From positions 62,001-126,000 of the forward strand of contig JALDTO010000146.1 of NCBI GenBank assembly GCA_023515725.1: DNA of 64,000 bases, given 5' to 3'. Of this stretch, positions 61,665-64,000 are shown piece by piece. The notes beneath the pieces were generated by a model. It worked only from the letters and a program-made list of their open reading frames with translations. It was not told where the DNA came from and made no database searches. The DNA is from Amoeboaphelidium protococcarum X5 (taxonomy: Eukaryota > Fungi > Aphelidiomycota). Position numbers and translations under genes: made by a program. How positions within the stretch are numbered: the stretch's first letter is position 1; the number at the start of each line of letters is the position of its first letter.

Positions 61665-63584
61665 ATGAGCATCAAACAACTCAGCAACTCTGTGGCAGAT
61701 AAAATATAATCAAGTCAAATAGTTTTAGACATTAAGTCTACTCTCAAAGAACTAATTGAGTAAGTTACGGTCGCGTTATGATCATTTGTAAAGTTTAAAG
61801 CTCTAGTTTTGTAGAAACTCTCTGGATGCAAACGCGTCGTTAGTTGATATTGAATTGGTTGATTTTGGCTTTGAGTCTATAAAGGTACATTTATCAAAAT
61901 TACTGTAATTCAATTCCACCCTTAGTACATATTTATCATGTAGATAACTGATAACGGCAGTGGTATTGGATGTCTAGATCATATAGCCAAGCCAAGTTGT
62001 ACATCAAAGATGAGACGCGCTGAAGATCTGAAACGCGTTTCAACTTTTGGCTTTCGCGGTGAAGCTCTACATGCAATCTCTAATTGTTGTAAATTTTTGA
62101 AAATTAGCTCTAAACTTGCATCTGAAACTGTTGGCAGAAGCTGTGTGATAACGGATGGTAAACGCGAGCATGAAAGTGTTGCGATGAATACTGGTACATC
62201 CGTGGTAGTTGAGTAATTGCTTTTTAACCTGCCCGTGAGACGTCAAGAAGCTTATAAACATCGACAGAATGTTCCACAGTAAATACGGAATCTAATTGAT
62301 CATTACTGGGTGTGTCATCACGGTGTGAAATTCATTTTGAAGTTCTTGCACTGCAACAAATAACTGTCTAAGAAAGTTGTTACGCGTCCAGTGGTTCCGT
62401 CTCAGCAAGATGCATTGAAGCTGATCAATGGCCCTCTGCTCAGTCACCACATGACCAATATTTCACATTCTCTAAGCGTGTAGTCTGGCTGCTATAAAGT
62501 TGATCTGTATGTTCCAAAGTTTGACTCTACTCCATCTGTTGTAAGTAAAACGAAGGCAGAAGATGCTCACTTTGTCTACTTGAACGGGCGCCCAGTTGAT
62601 ATGCCGTTCGTTCCTAAGATTTTACGTGAACAATACAAATCAGTTGACGATCGGTTCAATGTGACGCGGAAGTTATTCATTGTAGCATAATTTCAAATTC
62701 CACTTGATGTGTTTGACATAAACCTGGATCCCTCCAAAGAGTCTGTGCTGTTCCATGATCAAGACGCTGTGGAAAAATTGGTGGTCGACGCGATTCAGAC
62801 CGAAATTGCACAATATCGCAGGAGTGCGTAATCTAAGCAGCCAATTCACTAAAAATCTGTCGTTGACGCCGTAATGTCTGTGGATGTTGAAATTGCTTCT
62901 CCTCGCGTAGTCTAAGCTCCTCAGAGCGTTTCAACCGCTTTATCTCACACATTGACTATCAATGCTGATCAGTTGGAGACTTAATGTTGCAATTACTTGA
63001 AAAATATATATTCGGAAGAAGTCAGCAAAAGTCCGTAACAAATTGTGGGAACTTTTAATGACATTGTAGTAATTGAGCAAAGTACCAAGAAGCTGAAGTG
63101 CTTCAAAATTAGCGACCTGTTGGTTTAGTAATTTTAACACTATGGCTCTAATCTGAAGATTTCTGATATATAATCGTGTTCCATCGTAATTAAAAAGGAA
63201 GACGTTGAACCGGAGTTGTGGGATTTCATGTAATTAATCAAGGGCGATAATCAATTTTAACAGTTCATGGCAAAGGAAGGCTTCCAGTTCTCGTTTCAAG
63301 ACCAACTGGTTTGTGTAACTGCATGTCCTGCCAACCAATCTGCCTCTGCCAGCAATAATTTCATCAACCAAGTCAAAAAGTGGATGGAATGTTGGCCGTA
63401 TACAGCCAATCTGTGTGAGCATGCTATTCTATCGCAAGATTAAATCTAACATCAAGTGCTTAACATTCTGCGCGAGATATCTGGCATGACAACTGTTAGC
63501 CAAAAGATTGCATACCTCAATTAGCTTATCAGAACGTCCACCACTGAGCTGAACGTCACATCATACGATTTGACAACGCTGTGA
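61665..63584 (+). CDS. MutL-family mismatch repair protein (PMS1/MLH2-like); introns 61760-61814 and 61885-61943
   Basis: LKELIE|NSLDA, ITDNGSGI, TSK, TFGFRGEAL, LFNLPVRR, YLNGRPV, FDINLDPSKESV; divergent C-terminal domain. Confidence 0.85.
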
Positions 63585-64000
63585 ATCAATGTTCGTTAAC
63601 TGCATGACAATCTATCGCAATAATTCAACGCGGCCCTTGCGATGATAATAAAGCTTTGTGAATCTCCAACTGTTTTCTCTCTTCTCTTTAAAGCACGCGA
63701 TGGATCAGACGGAGAACATTCTGAAATTGGTCAATAAACTTGATACACTCGACTCTGACAACTCTCTACATGAATCTTTAAGTAAAAACAATAATATTAA
63801 TCTTGTCAACTCTTATTATTAAATATATCTGTGTAGAACTCGAGTTTCGGACACATTTGTCCAAGTTGTAACTCTTGGATCGACCGTCATTTAGGCAGTA
63901 TCTTCAGTCAGTGCAACCGAGTGGATATGTCAAAGCATCTATCGATCTCATAGACAAACTGATAAACTATTAGTATAATACTGATCGAGTACTATCTTCA

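Noticed and set aside
186-63422. The many short ORFs in the supplied six-frame track, read as separate small genes or mass pseudogenisation
   Set aside because: They are artefacts of the standard code. The fragments join into full-length conserved genes once TAA/TAG are read as Gln, and most others are antisense shadows.
63590-64000. Possible gene end at the right edge of the window
   Set aside because: I could not establish a consistent frame or motif on either strand.
1-64000. tRNA (including suppressor-type tRNA-Gln) or rRNA genes
   Set aside because: I recognised no cloverleaf/T-loop or rRNA signature by eye. A tRNAscan-SE/Infernal run is needed to exclude them.

Overview
Gene-dense eukaryotic nuclear DNA, not prokaryotic, read with a non-standard genetic code: TAA and TAG encode Gln and TGA is the only stop (translation table 6). 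The supplied standard-code ORF track therefore fragments almost every gene, and I re-translated by hand. The mix of fungal-type genes (SEY1, PMT4-like, GGA, Ipa1, Mit_KHE1), a ciliary transition-zone gene (meckelin) and short spliceosomal introns with TAR=Gln best fits an aphelid such as Amoeboaphelidium protococcarum, an intracellular parasite of green algae (inference). The window holds about 30 intact genes and three degenerate or TE-rich patches (about 6.0-8.7 kb, 30.6-32.6 kb, 45.3-49.2 kb). Most interesting: (1) a tandem pair of signal-peptide + F-box-like proteins, candidate SCF-hijacking effectors; (2) a GT34 glycosyltransferase that looks plant/green-algal (XXT-like), a candidate host-derived HGT; (3) a near-invariant TGTAG 3' splice site in 15 introns; (4) a membrane-anchored SNAP-like fusion; (5) a restriction-endonuclease-fold ORF with one in-frame TGA; (6) an introner-like insertion in a myotubularin pseudophosphatase. 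Coordinates were counted by hand and family calls come from remembered motifs, not database searches.
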